From Cyanophora paradoxa CCMP329 (Eukaryota > Plantae > Glaucophyta): a stretch of 64,000 nucleotides of DNA. A program made the position numbers and the translations under genes. Location of the stretch: the NCBI GenBank assembly GCA_004431415.1, contig QPMI01000136.1:62001-126000 (forward strand), in the 5' to 3' direction. Below the pieces are notes generated by a model. That model did no database searches and was not told the DNA's origin. It worked only from the letters and a program-made list of their open reading frames with translations. Each line of letters begins with the position of its first letter. Position 1 is the stretch's first letter. This document shows, in pieces, positions 1-10,658 of this stretch.

Positions 1-29
1 GGATTTATAAAATTCCTGATAAGTAAAAG

Positions 30-1586
30 ATGCCTCAGAAAATCGTTTTAAGTCTTTCTGGCGGGGGTGCAAGGGGCATTATCATAACCAGGCTGCTAAA
101 AGAAATCGAAAATCGAACTGGCAGGAGAATAATCGATCTTGTGGATCTTGTGAGTGGAACTTCCACTGGTGGGATCATTGCAATAGGTTTGAATATAAGG
201 CATCCTGATAAACCAGGTGAACCTAAACTGACAGCAAACGATTTACACAATATTTACCTAACTCAACTGCCCTTGATTTTCGCAAATCCTCGAAATATAA
301 TCGAAAATGCCCTTTTTAATACAAAGTATGATGTGGGACCCTTGGAGACTGCAATCAATTCAGTTACTGGTGAATCACTAATACAGGATTCCCTAAAGGA
401 CATTGTGATCACATCCTTTGATACTCAGAATATGAAACCAATATTTATCACAAATGACAACAATTACAACTTTATGCCTTGTAAGATTGCTGCTAGGGCT
501 ACTTCTGCTGCTCCTACATATTTCTCTCCTGTAAGCATTGTTGATTTCAATCGGGGAGTATATGTCTGTCTAATTGATGGTGCCATTTCGGGAAACAATA
601 ATCCCAGTGTGTGTGGTTACAGCCATGCAAAGAAAATTTACAGTGATGATGATGATATTATAGTAATAAGTATATCTTGTGGAGAGGTGGACCCACATTT
701 AGAGTCTGATTATGTGGGTTATGCTTATGAGACTGTCAACAGCTGGGGCATTCTCTCATGGATTGCCTCAACAGATGGAAGCCCATTGATTAACATGCTC
801 ATGGCTGCAAGTGAGCTTTCTGCCCTTGATAAGATGGAGGAGTTGTTACCCTACAACTATGATCAGGATTATGGGAGATACTATAGGCTATCAGTCCCAC
901 TTCCAAATCATATAGTAAGCTCCCTGGATGACACTTCTAAAATCCCAGACATGCTTGCATTCACTGAAACATACATTGCAGCAAACAATGATATGATTAA
1001 TAAGCTTTGCAGCATTCTAGTAGCAAACTATGAATTAAAGAACCCTTCAAAGGCTTACATATCATCCACTCTCACTACATCACCTCCTTTGGATGCAAAT
1101 TGGTATCAGCTTGCAGATGATGCCTTCACTGCCTCATCCTCTGTGACAGGTAAAGAGCCTTTCATGGCTAGACCTTCAGCATTTGGCTGGGAAGCTGGAG
1201 CCTATGCTCCTGAGCAGATATGGGAAACCCCCACTGAATACCTTCAAGTTGCTTTCCCATATACTTTCGAACTCTCCTCTGTTATTGCCTATGGTTCAGG
1301 GGACACCAATGCTTTTATTAAGACTTTCAATGTGGCAACATCCACTGATGGGATCAACTGGTCTTTTATTCGATCAGATGGGCAGAACAAAATATATGTA
1401 TGTGAGAACATTAACAATGCTCACAACTCAGGTGATGTTGCTTTATTGAGTGGATTTCCTCTCAGCATCAAGGATGCTTTTTACATAGGTTTTTCTCTCA
1501 GAATCAAGTATATTCGCATTTATCCCCTTGTGTATGTGAATGCTCCCACAATGAGAGTGGACTTTACAGGTGCCTTTATTCGATAA
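30..1586 (+). CDS. Patatin-like phospholipase fused to a C-terminal discoidin (F5/8 type C)-like domain
   Basis: GGGARG oxyanion motif, GTSTG nucleophile, SAAPTYF, DGA catalytic Asp; C-terminus has EYLQVAF, STDGINW and KYIRIYP...MRVDF, typical of discoidin domains. Confidence 0.88.
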   Translation: MPQKIVLSLSGGGARGIIITRLLKEIENRTGRRIIDLVDLVSGTSTGGIIAIGLNIRHPDKPGEPKLTANDLHNIYLTQLPLIFANPRNIIENALFNTKYDVGPLETAINSVTGESLIQDSLKDIVITSFDTQNMKPIFITNDNNYNFMPCKIAARATSAAPTYFSPVSIVDFNRGVYVCLIDGAISGNNNPSVCGYSHAKKIYSDDDDIIVISISCGEVDPHLESDYVGYAYETVNSWGILSWIASTDGSPLINMLMAASELSALDKMEELLPYNYDQDYGRYYRLSVPLPNHIVSSLDDTSKIPDMLAFTETYIAANNDMINKLCSILVANYELKNPSKAYISSTLTTSPPLDANWYQLADDAFTASSSVTGKEPFMARPSAFGWEAGAYAPEQIWETPTEYLQVAFPYTFELSSVIAYGSGDTNAFIKTFNVATSTDGINWSFIRSDGQNKIYVCENINNAHNSGDVALLSGFPLSIKDAFYIGFSLRIKYIRIYPLVYVNAPTMRVDFTGAFIR

Positions 1587-2506
1587 ACTCCAACTGAAAA
1601 GAATTGTCGATTCCATTCATATCAATCAGTTCACCAAAGTAATCTTTAAACTCCACAGTGAGTTCCCTTATCACCAGGTTTCTGTCATTTATCTGAATGA
1701 ATTCGGCATGCTCACCACTATGGTAAACATAGCCGCCTATATCTTTACTCAATTGCAGTCTAAGGATTGCCCCCTGGTTATGTGGTTGCGATTTCGGGAT
1801 TATATTGTGTCTGCTGGCAAAGGGGACAGCTCTTTAATATGCATGTACAGATACTGCTCAGCATTCATATCAGACATCTTCCTGCTGTCAAAATAATATT
1901 GCAAGGGCTTAGATGAGAGTCTGGGTCCCGAAAAGGTGGTTCCCCATGCTGGGTGATCAGGTGTAATAGGTTTGCCATCATACTTTAACAGGTTCTCAGG
2001 TCGATAGGGTGATCCACCAACAGGAGGAGTGCTATAATACCCATTGGTGTATTCAGTAGAACTCACACCCAAAAGCTTCCCTATTCTCTGGTTGCTTGCA
2101 ATAAAACGAAACTCATGGTTACTGTAAAACTCCACTTTATAGGTAGTTGGGTTATAGAATATCTTGAACTCAAAAGCTACTGTTTTGCCTGCAATGGTTT
2201 GGAAGCTTGAATAGTTCAGCCCATAATTATAGGGATGTGTGACCCAAAATGACCCTGGTTAATGTAGCCACTGGGAAGGGGATACACTTTCTGTGTGATG
2301 ATTTCATTGTATGAACCATCTTGGTAGTTAAACTGAACTGTTAAATGATCAGTCCCCACACTGTTATAGATACTGTTTGGAATCTCTGCATATAGAACCC
2401 TGCATTCTCTTGGTCTCTCTACTGGAGTTGTGAGAGTGACCCTGTAAGAGTTTTCATTTTGTCCTTGGCTTCTATCCCTGCTATCAATATTAACAAGTCG
2501 ATTCAT
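1576..2506 (-). pseudogene. Minor capsid (penton-like) protein 1, two frameshifts (~2220 and ~1800)
   Basis: N-terminus VNIDSRDR...VLYAEIPNSIYN; manual translation of the 3' part gives LTVEFKDYFGELIDMNGIDNSFQLEFIE*, the usual termini of PLV/virophage penton-like proteins. Confidence 0.72.
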
Positions 2507-2535
2507 TTTAATATATAAATATAGATAAAAGAAGA

Positions 2536-3544
2536 ATGCCTGTGGATTACATCGAGGTTAGCTCATTTAATACAATCTCTGGTGATGGTCCCACATCAAG
2601 CTTTGTGGCTAGACTCCCAAGTTCTTATGAGAATGTGAGGGCTGTGAGACTGGTATCAGCCGAATTTTATAACAGCATCCCTATGGTGAGTGGTGAAACC
2701 AAAGTTGGAGATGTGACAGTTGACAATGCATTTAGCATTTATTATTCTGAACAAACTCCTGGAGCTGGAAGCTCAGGAATTCCAACAGTTCGCCCAGCTG
2801 CTGACTATGAACAATGGAAACAATTCATTATAAGTCGAAACACCCCATCCAAAGCCACCAACAACTGGTGAATGTAATTAACTCTAAATTCGAAGGCAGA
2901 AATCCCAACCATCCATTCGCTGCAAATGGGATGAATCACTGAAACGAATTATATTCCACTCAGCAGTACCATTTTACTTGGCTTTCTCAGTAGCTGTGAA
3001 CCCAAGCCAACAAACAATCCAAAAGCTATTGAGTTCAGCTAGACTGCTTGGTCTTGATCCTGGAAGATATGGCAATTCCTCAATCCAATCACAAGTTTAT
3101 GATGCTCTCACTGATGGAATCTTTACTGGTGGTCGAGTGAATGGCATTATATCTTCTTTTGAGCCTGAGAAGACCAGGGACAGTGTTTTGTTTGTGAGAG
3201 TAAAGGAGCTGGGTGATCTGGTGCAATGTGGGGATGGTCTTCTGACTGGTTACTTTCACAAAATAGTGGTCCCTGACAAAGATTATGGTGAGCATGTTGT
3301 TTACAATTCAACAGAGGCTCACCCACTTTACAAATACTATAATAAAAAGGTTGGATTATCCACTTTCTCGGTTGATATTGTTAATGCTGTAAATGAACCA
3401 ATTGATTTTGAGGGTCAACCTGTTCATCTGACCTTTGAAATTCGCTATGGTGATGAGCCAGCAGGAGACCCAGTTTATGAATACTTTAAGATGCGAATGT
3501 CACAGCTTCACCCTTCCTATCCAGTTATTACAAACTTCGCATAA
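2536..3544 (+). pseudogene. Minor capsid (penton-like) protein 2, frameshifted at ~2850-2970
   Basis: ORFs 2536-2871 (YENVRAVRLVSAEFYNS) and 2978-3544 (FSVDIVNAVNEPIDFEGQPVHLTFEI) show the same N- and C-terminal motifs as protein 1. Confidence 0.7.
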
Positions 3545-3597
3545 ATTAAGGATCATTGGTAGATTTTTTATGTTGCAGTATAATAAAAGAGAATATA

Positions 3598-4963
3598 ATG
3601 GATATCACTTCCACTCTTCAAAGACTTTCGCTGAAAGAAGCCCTAACAACCCCAGAAGAGGCGAAAGCCTTTTTCCTGGATAACTCCCTTATGCTTGGTC
3701 TCGAATCCAAGTCTAAGCCAGTTCTAGTTGTTGTGAATCCCAGCAATACTTTTGAGAATAATGTTGGAAATCGCATTTCCTTCAAGCTACCTCGCTACAA
3801 TTTCTGTGGAAAACTCGAACTTGCTTTCGACCTACCAGAAATCACTTTTGCTGGTGAAGATCTAGTTCGCAATGGATACACTCGCCCAGTTGGTGCTTTA
3901 GTTCAGCGACTTGAAATTACCTATGGATCTTACACCTACCACATTCCTTCTGATTTCCTTGCTCATTTCCCCTGGTCTATTATTCGGAGGATCAACTAGC
4001 TAAAAAGAAACGCTCAATGGCATGGTTCATGGAATCCCTGCTCATGGAACCAACCGACTTGGTGGCTCATTTTTCGTTGAAATCCCAGTGCCTTGGCTAA
4101 ATCACTACCTTCCCCTTGGTGCTTTATCTGGTGAAATGGTTGTTACTGTTTGGTTTAAGGATGCTGGAAAGGGTTATGTTGAAACTTCCTATGGTGGTCG
4201 CTCTCTCCCTGTTGTTGGTGGGACAGCTGCTGATAAGACAGAAGATGATGGTCTTGGTGATACTGCTAATGCTACACTTGCCCATGTTGGTCAAAACATC
4301 ACCACTTTCAGTCTTGGTGCAACAACCCCTGCTATTTCAATTACTTCTCCTCGCCTTTACATGCATGCTATTAATGTTTCTGATGAGCTTTTCGCTACTG
4401 TAATTGAAAAAGTAAAGACTACTGGCATGGCTATTCCCTCCCTTGATATTGGATTTGTAGATGCCATTGCTTTCCCTGCCAAGGGCAATGCCCAGCCCAA
4501 TCGAATTAACCTCTCTCAAATCTCAGGTCTTGTCTATGCTCTGCTTGTTTCAGTTCGTGATTATGAGACTGTTGACAAATCCAATGGCTCCCACAGTGTT
4601 CTTAAGACCTATGCCAACTCCAAAGAGATAACATTCACTGTGGAAATAAATGGTCAGCGACTTTTTGCCACTGAGCCAATTTCCCTACTCAAAGGTGCTG
4701 AGCTAATTGCTGATGCATTCAAATGCTCTAACATGGATAAGGTTGCTGATCGCTATGTCCTTTCGGGTATGAGTTTCTGCCTTAATGGAGAAAATGCGAT
4801 TCGAAATATCGCTCAAAGTGGCTTTGTCGACCTGACAAATTCCTCATCTTCATTCCTCACACTCTACATGCCCACAGATAAGACAATCAATGTTCAAGTT
4901 CGCGCTTTAATGCATAGTTTCCTCATTATAGACGGTTCAGGTGTTCGTAGAATCAATTTATAG
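3598..4963 (+). pseudogene. Double-jelly-roll major capsid protein, frameshift at ~3975
   Basis: Joined ORFs give ~455 aa of beta-rich protein (ISFKLPR...LVQRLEITYG; FFVEIPVPW...LPLGAL; GLVYALLVSVR); lies between the penton-like genes and the packaging ATPase. Confidence 0.72.
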
Positions 4964-5022
4964 ACCATATTCAGTCTCCCTGCATTATTTTTATCTGTCT
5001 TTATTTAGGAAGATCTACAACA

Positions 5023-5754
5023 ATGCAAGATTTAGAAGAGTTTAATGTTTCTGAAATGATTAAAGGTGTTTTCAGAGCCATTTTTATAGGCAAAAGTTGT
5101 ACGGGAAAAAGCGAATGTGTAAAGTATTGGTTAAAGCAATTACATGATGCCAAAGTTATTGATGTTGTCCTAGTTGTGAGTGGGACCAGCTTTAATCATT
5201 TCTGGAGAGAGGTTGCAACAGTAGAACTTGGTAAATGGGATGCTGGTTACATTTCAAAGCTTTTGGATGAAAGGCAGGAGAAAATCGAAAAAGGTGAACC
5301 TGTGAACCACATGTGTGTTGTTTTAGATGATTTAATTGATAATGAGATAATTGATTTAACAAGAGACAAGGTGGTGTCATCTCTGTACAGTAGGGGCAGA
5401 CATTCGAAAATATCCATTATCTGCATTACACAGAAACTCAGAAAAGTCTCTTCCACTATTCGAGTTAATTCTGATTATGCTGTTTTCCTGAGTGCTGCTA
5501 ATCGCAAAGAACTTGAAGCCATAGAGGAAGAATACAATATAATGCGAAACAAGGAGGACTTTTACAAAATGTTTGAAGAATATGTCCACTCCTATCAGTA
5601 TATCGTTTGGTCCTCTGCTGGCTACTCAGTTAAATACTTTGTAGATAAAGCTGAGCTTGTCAAAGACTTCCCATTTCCTCGCTTCCACAGAAAGCCAAAA
5701 AAGAAAGAAGATGAACTGAAACCACCAGAGAAAGAGGAAGCCCCAAAGAAGTGA
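5023..5754 (+). CDS. A32/FtsK-like DNA packaging ATPase
   Basis: Walker A GKSCTGKS, Walker B VVLDD, SRGRH..IS...ITQ motif. Confidence 0.92.
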   Translation: MQDLEEFNVSEMIKGVFRAIFIGKSCTGKSECVKYWLKQLHDAKVIDVVLVVSGTSFNHFWREVATVELGKWDAGYISKLLDERQEKIEKGEPVNHMCVVLDDLIDNEIIDLTRDKVVSSLYSRGRHSKISIICITQKLRKVSSTIRVNSDYAVFLSAANRKELEAIEEEYNIMRNKEDFYKMFEEYVHSYQYIVWSSAGYSVKYFVDKAELVKDFPFPRFHRKPKKKEDELKPPEKEEAPKK

Positions 5755-5832
5755 AAAGCCAAGTCCATAGCAATAAATTGATGCGATATAAACGCGGTTT
5801 ATAAAATTATCTCTCATTCTAATAAAGATACA

Positions 5833-6066
5833 ATGCCTCCCAAACGAAAAATAGGGATCCCAGCTGGGGCTGTTGGCTATTCAGGTGGTGGAAACAATGG
5901 ATCTATTAACACTGAACCAATGCAATTCAATGGTATGAACGAAATCAAACCCTCACAACCCCAAGAAGACCCCCTAAATGCTGCCTATGAGGAATCAGTC
6001 GATGACAAAGCCCCACAAAGTTCAACTGCTGACCAACTGAACATTTCCCTGAGACAGCAAAGATGA
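5833..6066 (+). CDS. Hypothetical protein (may be the frameshifted N-terminus of 6063-6566)
   Basis: ATG after an AT-rich spacer; ATGA overlap with the next ORF. Confidence 0.45.
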   Translation: MPPKRKIGIPAGAVGYSGGGNNGSINTEPMQFNGMNEIKPSQPQEDPLNAAYEESVDDKAPQSSTADQLNISLRQQR

Positions 6067-6566
6067 AGTCTGTTGCTGAGGGTGCCAGGCGAATTATTGG
6101 GGCTGCTGATGACAAAGGTTTAGGCTTGCAAGATCTTTCACTGGCTCGCAAAGGTGAGGGTCTTAGTAAGGAATCAGACAAGGTAATTCAGTCTATGGCT
6201 GGTGAAGTCACATACAAGACTGCTCCCACTCAAAATATTCATCGAATTCCCAAGGCTCAATGGGATGAGATGACTGCTAAACTCAAAGATCTGGAAGTCA
6301 AATCAAGTGCCTTGGAGCAGTATGTTACTGAGAAGAAAGAGAGAGCCAAGCTAAAGGAGATGCTTCGAAAGGAAGTTTATAAAATGGGAATCACTGGTGT
6401 CCCAGATAAACAGTTTATTGCTAAGAAAGAGAACCAAATCGATGAGCAGGCAGTAGATGAAATGAAAACAAAAACCCAAAAGGGAACCATTGAACCTGGT
6501 GCCACCAAAGCTGAAGTAGAAAAGGGAGTTGCCCCAACAGTATATAAAAGACGAGTTTGGCTTTAA
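6063..6566 (+). CDS. Hypothetical Lys/Glu-rich coiled-coil protein (possible virion core protein)
   Basis: 167-aa ORF in the structural gene cluster. Confidence 0.55.
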   Translation: MKSVAEGARRIIGAADDKGLGLQDLSLARKGEGLSKESDKVIQSMAGEVTYKTAPTQNIHRIPKAQWDEMTAKLKDLEVKSSALEQYVTEKKERAKLKEMLRKEVYKMGITGVPDKQFIAKKENQIDEQAVDEMKTKTQKGTIEPGATKAEVEKGVAPTVYKRRVWL

Positions 6567-6588
6567 TTATCTCTGTTTTATTAGAGAT

Positions 6589-6861
6589 ATGGACATAATA
6601 CGAAAGTTCTTCGAGATGTTCAGTCTGCATGTGGTGAGCAATTGCCACAGTGGATGTTGTGAGACAACAGTGGAGTTTGAGATGTCAGATAATGAGGATA
6701 ATGCCTCAGAAGCAAGAGAGAGAAGGAGATCAACAGTTTCTGTGGAGTCAATGCCAGCAGACCCCACAGAGTATACATATGAGCAACAGGAGTATCCAAG
6801 GAGAAGTTCTTTGCCAGGCGAAAACGTTTTCTCAGCAAATATTAATGGAGGATACAATTAG
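6589..6861 (+). CDS. Small hypothetical protein with SNCHSGCC motif
   Basis: ATG at 6589 in frame with ORF 6529-6861; Cys cluster followed by an acidic tail. Confidence 0.5.
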   Translation: MDIIRKFFEMFSLHVVSNCHSGCCETTVEFEMSDNEDNASEARERRRSTVSVESMPADPTEYTYEQQEYPRRSSLPGENVFSANINGGYN

Positions 6862-7090
6862 TTTGATCGAGTTTACCAGTGATGAGCCTTTAACTGAGGG
6901 TGCTATTAGACACATTCTAGCAAAGCAGAAACGATATAGAGAGGACCCAGAATATAGAGAGTATAAAAAGCAGCAAGCCCTGGCATCCTATTATCGCAGA
7001 AAAGCCCAAAAAGAGGAGCAGAGACCCAGAGGAAGACCGATTAAATATTATTTGCCAACTGATAGTAGCAATGGAACCCCAGGTCTATAA
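6845..7090 (+). CDS. Small basic putative DNA-binding protein with AT-hook (PRGRP)
   Basis: ATG 6845; KRYREDPEYRE...ALASYY...RPRGRPIKY; paralog of 7856. Confidence 0.6.
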   Translation: MEDTISLIEFTSDEPLTEGAIRHILAKQKRYREDPEYREYKKQQALASYYRRKAQKEEQRPRGRPIKYYLPTDSSNGTPGL

Positions 7091-7167
7091 GATAATTGAG
7101 AAAAAGCGGTCTCAGTATGCCACTGAGGCAGCTATAAAAATATATACAAAGGAATTGGCTTTATACT

Positions 7168-7467
7168 TTAAGAGGAAGTAGAACGACTCATTAATTTGTT
7201 ATAGAGTCGTTTTCTTGTGGCAGTGTTTGAATGAGTTTTTTTGTTAATTGTGGAGAGGTAGTTTGGGTCAATTATCATGCCCAATACATCTCTCTCTACT
7301 TTCTGTCGAAATTCCTTGTTTCGCTTATTATCAGCCTGACCAATGTTTATTCCTGTCGAGTGGAGACCACTCTCTACAATAGCATCAACTAATCCTTTAT
7401 GATCTTTCCAGAGGGTATCTTTTTCAATCTTTTCGGCTAGAATTCCTTTGGCAATTTGAGCAGCCAT
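7168..7467 (-). CDS. Hypothetical protein
   Basis: 99-aa ATG ORF with upstream CAAAAAATGA and GACTTAAAG motifs on the minus strand. Confidence 0.55.
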   Translation of the reverse strand: MAAQIAKGILAEKIEKDTLWKDHKGLVDAIVESGLHSTGINIGQADNKRNKEFRQKVERDVLGMIIDPNYLSTINKKTHSNTATRKRLYNKLMSRSTSS

Positions 7468-7540
7468 TGTTGTTCTCTTATTAATATATCTGATAAATCT
7501 TTAAGTCAGTTTATACAATCATTTTTTGTTGATGAAAGGT

Positions 7541-7745
7541 TGTCAGGCAGAAAAACGTTTGTCAGGCAGAAAACACATCGAGTTTCACAAACGTTTCAAA
7601 ATTCTCAATGTCATTGCTTGGATCAACAATGAAATTTGTATTATAGAAAAGTTTTCTAAAAAGGTGCCTGACAATGCCTGACATACTATATTAGTGCCTG
7701 ACAACTATTTTAAAGTGCCTGACAAACCATTTATGGTAACAGTAT
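7541..7745. repeat. Iteron-like module 1 (2x TGTCAGGCA plus 4x inverted TGCCTGACA); inverted copy of 16085-16285
   Basis: Motifs at 7541 and 7560, inverted at 7665, 7675, 7695, 7716; reverse complement aligns with 16085-16220. Confidence 0.9.
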
Positions 7746-7855
7746 AGGAATTATCTCTGTTACCAAAAAATGACAACGCATAAACTACTTAAGGAAATCA
7801 AGCATATTGAAATCTGACAAAACATTTTTCTCGGTTATAGTTAAGAGATACCCAA

Positions 7856-8087
7856 ATGGATACTGATCAAACTGTAACTGAGAGCAAAAGTTTTGAAAAG
7901 ATCTCTTCTGCAATGAAGAAAAAGATCTCAAACCAAATTTATTATAATAAAAGATATGAAGAGGATGAGGAATATCGTGAAATTCGCCGCAAAAGGGCAT
8001 TGGCCTATTACTACTATAAAAAGCAACTCACATTTGACCCAAATTTCCAGAAGGTCGACCTGTAGGTCGTCCTCGGAAATACTGAAA
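7856..8087 (+). CDS. Small basic putative DNA-binding protein, paralog of 6845-7090; AT-hook tail (VGRPRKY*) lies out of frame
   Basis: KRYEEDEEYRE...ALAYYYY; the ORF stops at 8065 but another frame reads RPVGRPRKY* to 8087. Confidence 0.55.
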
Positions 8088-8177
8088 TGCCGGTTCATTA
8101 TTTTTGTGTGGGGAATTCATAAAAAAACTGATACACTACTACCAATTATCGATATAACTGGAAGCCAACCCAAAAGG

Positions 8178-8234
8178 ACTTAAAGGTTTGGCAACAAAAA
8201 ATGACAAGGATTTTCAGATAAAATATTTTATCTG
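8178..8234 (+). promoter_or_regulatory. Putative viral promoter: GACTTAAAG, CAAAAAATGA and perfect 20-bp palindrome CAGATAAAATATTTTATCTG (8215-8234)
   Basis: Directly upstream of ATG 8260; related motifs precede 7467(-), 7856 and 46931. Confidence 0.5.
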
Positions 8235-8259
8235 CTTAATATAGAAACGTTCAAGAAAG

Positions 8260-10653
8260 ATGTTTAGCTCAAAGAAACCCAACAATCTCGATATCACTCT
8301 TGTTGAAAAAGTATCTCGCCCTACTCTTAAGTATTTAATCGATAATTTCGAGGGTTTGAGTTATAGACCTGATGTGGATTCTACTGCTACTTTGACTCTC
8401 CTGAAGAAATACATGAAAAACTTGCATTCAAATGGAACCATTCAAGTTAAATACTATCAATGCAAACACCATACTGGGAGATATTTCACTACTCTCTCAC
8501 ACATCAAAAACAAAAAAGCAAGCATGCAGAGTATGCCTCGGGAATTTAGACACACCTTAGCAAGGGATTTGTATTATGATATTGATATGAAAAATGCTCA
8601 TCCATCGATACTCGTCCAGTATTGCCAAAAAAATGACATAAACTGTGATTTCCTTGCTGAGTTTGTTGCCAATCGAGATAAAATCGTTAGTGATTTAAGC
8701 AAAAAGTGTGATCTTACTCGTGAAGAAATTAAGTGCGCCTTCTTATCTGTGATTAACGGAGGAGGAGGCATTGAGTGTCCCGATTTACACAAAGAAATGG
8801 CTTTTAAAAAGGTTAAACAAGAAATTGGTGGTATTCATGCTTCTATTGCTGAATTAAAAGAAAATACCAACTTCCTTGCTATTTGCAAGCGAAAGAAGGG
8901 CTACAATGTGTTAGGTTCCACTGTTAACATGGTTCTTTGTCAGATCGAGAATATTGCTCTTATGGCTTTGTGTGAGTATTTAACCTCCATCAAACTCACT
9001 GTTGGTGTTCTTGTATTTGATGGCTGCATGATTGAAAAGTCACCTAATCTATCACTGGAAAAACTTACTGATATTCTCAAAGATGCAGAGAACTATATCC
9101 AGCAGTCCACAGGATACAAATTAGGCTTAGTTGTTAAGCCTATGGATCAGGGTTTCGAGCTTCCAGATGAAGCTTCTCTGAAAGCAAACGATTTTCGAAT
9201 TTGCTCTACAGACTATGAGGCTGCTACTCTGTTTGCTGAAGATATCAAAAATGATGTCAAGCAATCCAATGGTCGTATATTTGTCAAAACAGATGAGAAT
9301 CTTTGGACTGAGGAAACCAATCAAGTGGAAAATATGCTTTTAAAGAAGTGCCTTCAAGCAAAGATCTATCATGAGGGTCTGACAGGTCTAACAGAGTATA
9401 CCGCAAATATAACAGGCGCTCAAAAAGTAATCAAAGCTACAAAAGCTCTTCTGCCAAATGATAGTGAGTTTGTGAATAATGTCCTTTGGTCTTCATCTCT
9501 TGGAAAATTGTGTTATAAAAATGGTGTGTATGATTTCGAAACCAAAAAGCTTACTCCTTGGGCAGAGTGTCAAAACGTCTATTCCACTACTAGAATTGAA
9601 AGAGATTTACTTGTAGATGATCGAGGATATGTAGTCAAGCCGTCAGAAGAGCATATAAAAATCCTCTACGAAAACATACTTGAACCTGTGTTTGGAGCAG
9701 ATGCAATTAATACTGCTCTCGAATTTACAGCAAGAGCAATGGCAGGCAAAGTAGAGGATAAACAATGGGGACTATCATCAGGTGAGCGCAATTGTGGAAA
9801 AGGAGTTTATGTCAATCTTAATGAGAACACTTGGGGGAGTGGTTATGTAAACACTATTGGAGGAGAATCTTTCCTGATGGACAAACATTCAGATTCTGAT
9901 GAGGCTAAAAAGCTAAAATGGATGAAACCATGTGAATTTCGCCGTTTAACATTTACCCAAGAAATGAAGTTTGATGTATCAAATCCAAGTATCAAGATAA
10001 ATGGAAATATGATAAAAAAGAAAGAATCTGGTGGTGATATTCAATGCATTCGAATTCTCTATGGAAATGAGCAAAATATAAGACTCCAAAGTAGGCTCTG
10101 GATGATCATGAATGATATGCCCCCTGTTTCTCCATCTGATACACTTGAGACTCTTGTTTTCTTTCAGCATCCCCACAAGTTTGTGGATCAGAAAACAATG
10201 GATGAAATGAAACTCCCATGTTACAGATTGGCTTCTGAAGATATTAAAAGTGATCTGCTTAAACGCCCTGAAATCATTCATGCTTTCCAATGGTCAGTAT
10301 TCCAAGCATACAAATCCCACAAAGTCCAGATATGTGGCAAGGTGGCAAATGATACTGCTGCTTTCAGAGAGGATGCAGGTGATGAAATTCAAATACTAAA
10401 AAGCAGATTTGAATTTACAGGAAATCCTTCTGATTCTCTGTCAAGCAAAACTGTAGATGAGGAGTTAAAAGCTTTGAAACTCAATATGTCTGCAAGCAGG
10501 GTTAAGAGAGTAATGGAGATGTTGGGAGCCAAATATGACAAATATGCAGTGAGAAAGGCAACTTCAAAAGTATATGATAGAGGTTACAAGTGTGTAAAAC
10601 TGATTTCGGAAAATACAACAGAGTTTATTGATGAGGATGATGATGATTGTTAA
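8260..10653 (+). CDS. TVpol (family A-like primase-polymerase) fused to a D5-like SF3 helicase
   Basis: PolA-like motifs YYDIDMKNAHP, K..FLSVINGG and VLVFDG; D5_N-like LCYKNGVYDF; Walker A GERNCGKG; SF3 motif C MIMND. Confidence 0.85.
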   Translation: MFSSKKPNNLDITLVEKVSRPTLKYLIDNFEGLSYRPDVDSTATLTLLKKYMKNLHSNGTIQVKYYQCKHHTGRYFTTLSHIKNKKASMQSMPREFRHTLARDLYYDIDMKNAHPSILVQYCQKNDINCDFLAEFVANRDKIVSDLSKKCDLTREEIKCAFLSVINGGGGIECPDLHKEMAFKKVKQEIGGIHASIAELKENTNFLAICKRKKGYNVLGSTVNMVLCQIENIALMALCEYLTSIKLTVGVLVFDGCMIEKSPNLSLEKLTDILKDAENYIQQSTGYKLGLVVKPMDQGFELPDEASLKANDFRICSTDYEAATLFAEDIKNDVKQSNGRIFVKTDENLWTEETNQVENMLLKKCLQAKIYHEGLTGLTEYTANITGAQKVIKATKALLPNDSEFVNNVLWSSSLGKLCYKNGVYDFETKKLTPWAECQNVYSTTRIERDLLVDDRGYVVKPSEEHIKILYENILEPVFGADAINTALEFTARAMAGKVEDKQWGLSSGERNCGKGVYVNLNENTWGSGYVNTIGGESFLMDKHSDSDEAKKLKWMKPCEFRRLTFTQEMKFDVSNPSIKINGNMIKKKESGGDIQCIRILYGNEQNIRLQSRLWMIMNDMPPVSPSDTLETLVFFQHPHKFVDQKTMDEMKLPCYRLASEDIKSDLLKRPEIIHAFQWSVFQAYKSHKVQICGKVANDTAAFREDAGDEIQILKSRFEFTGNPSDSLSSKTVDEELKALKLNMSASRVKRVMEMLGAKYDKYAVRKATSKVYDRGYKCVKLISENTTEFIDEDDDDC

Positions 10654-10658
10654 AAAGC

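Noticed and set aside
1570-1896. Plus-strand 108-aa ORF
   Set aside because: Antisense to the penton-like C-terminus
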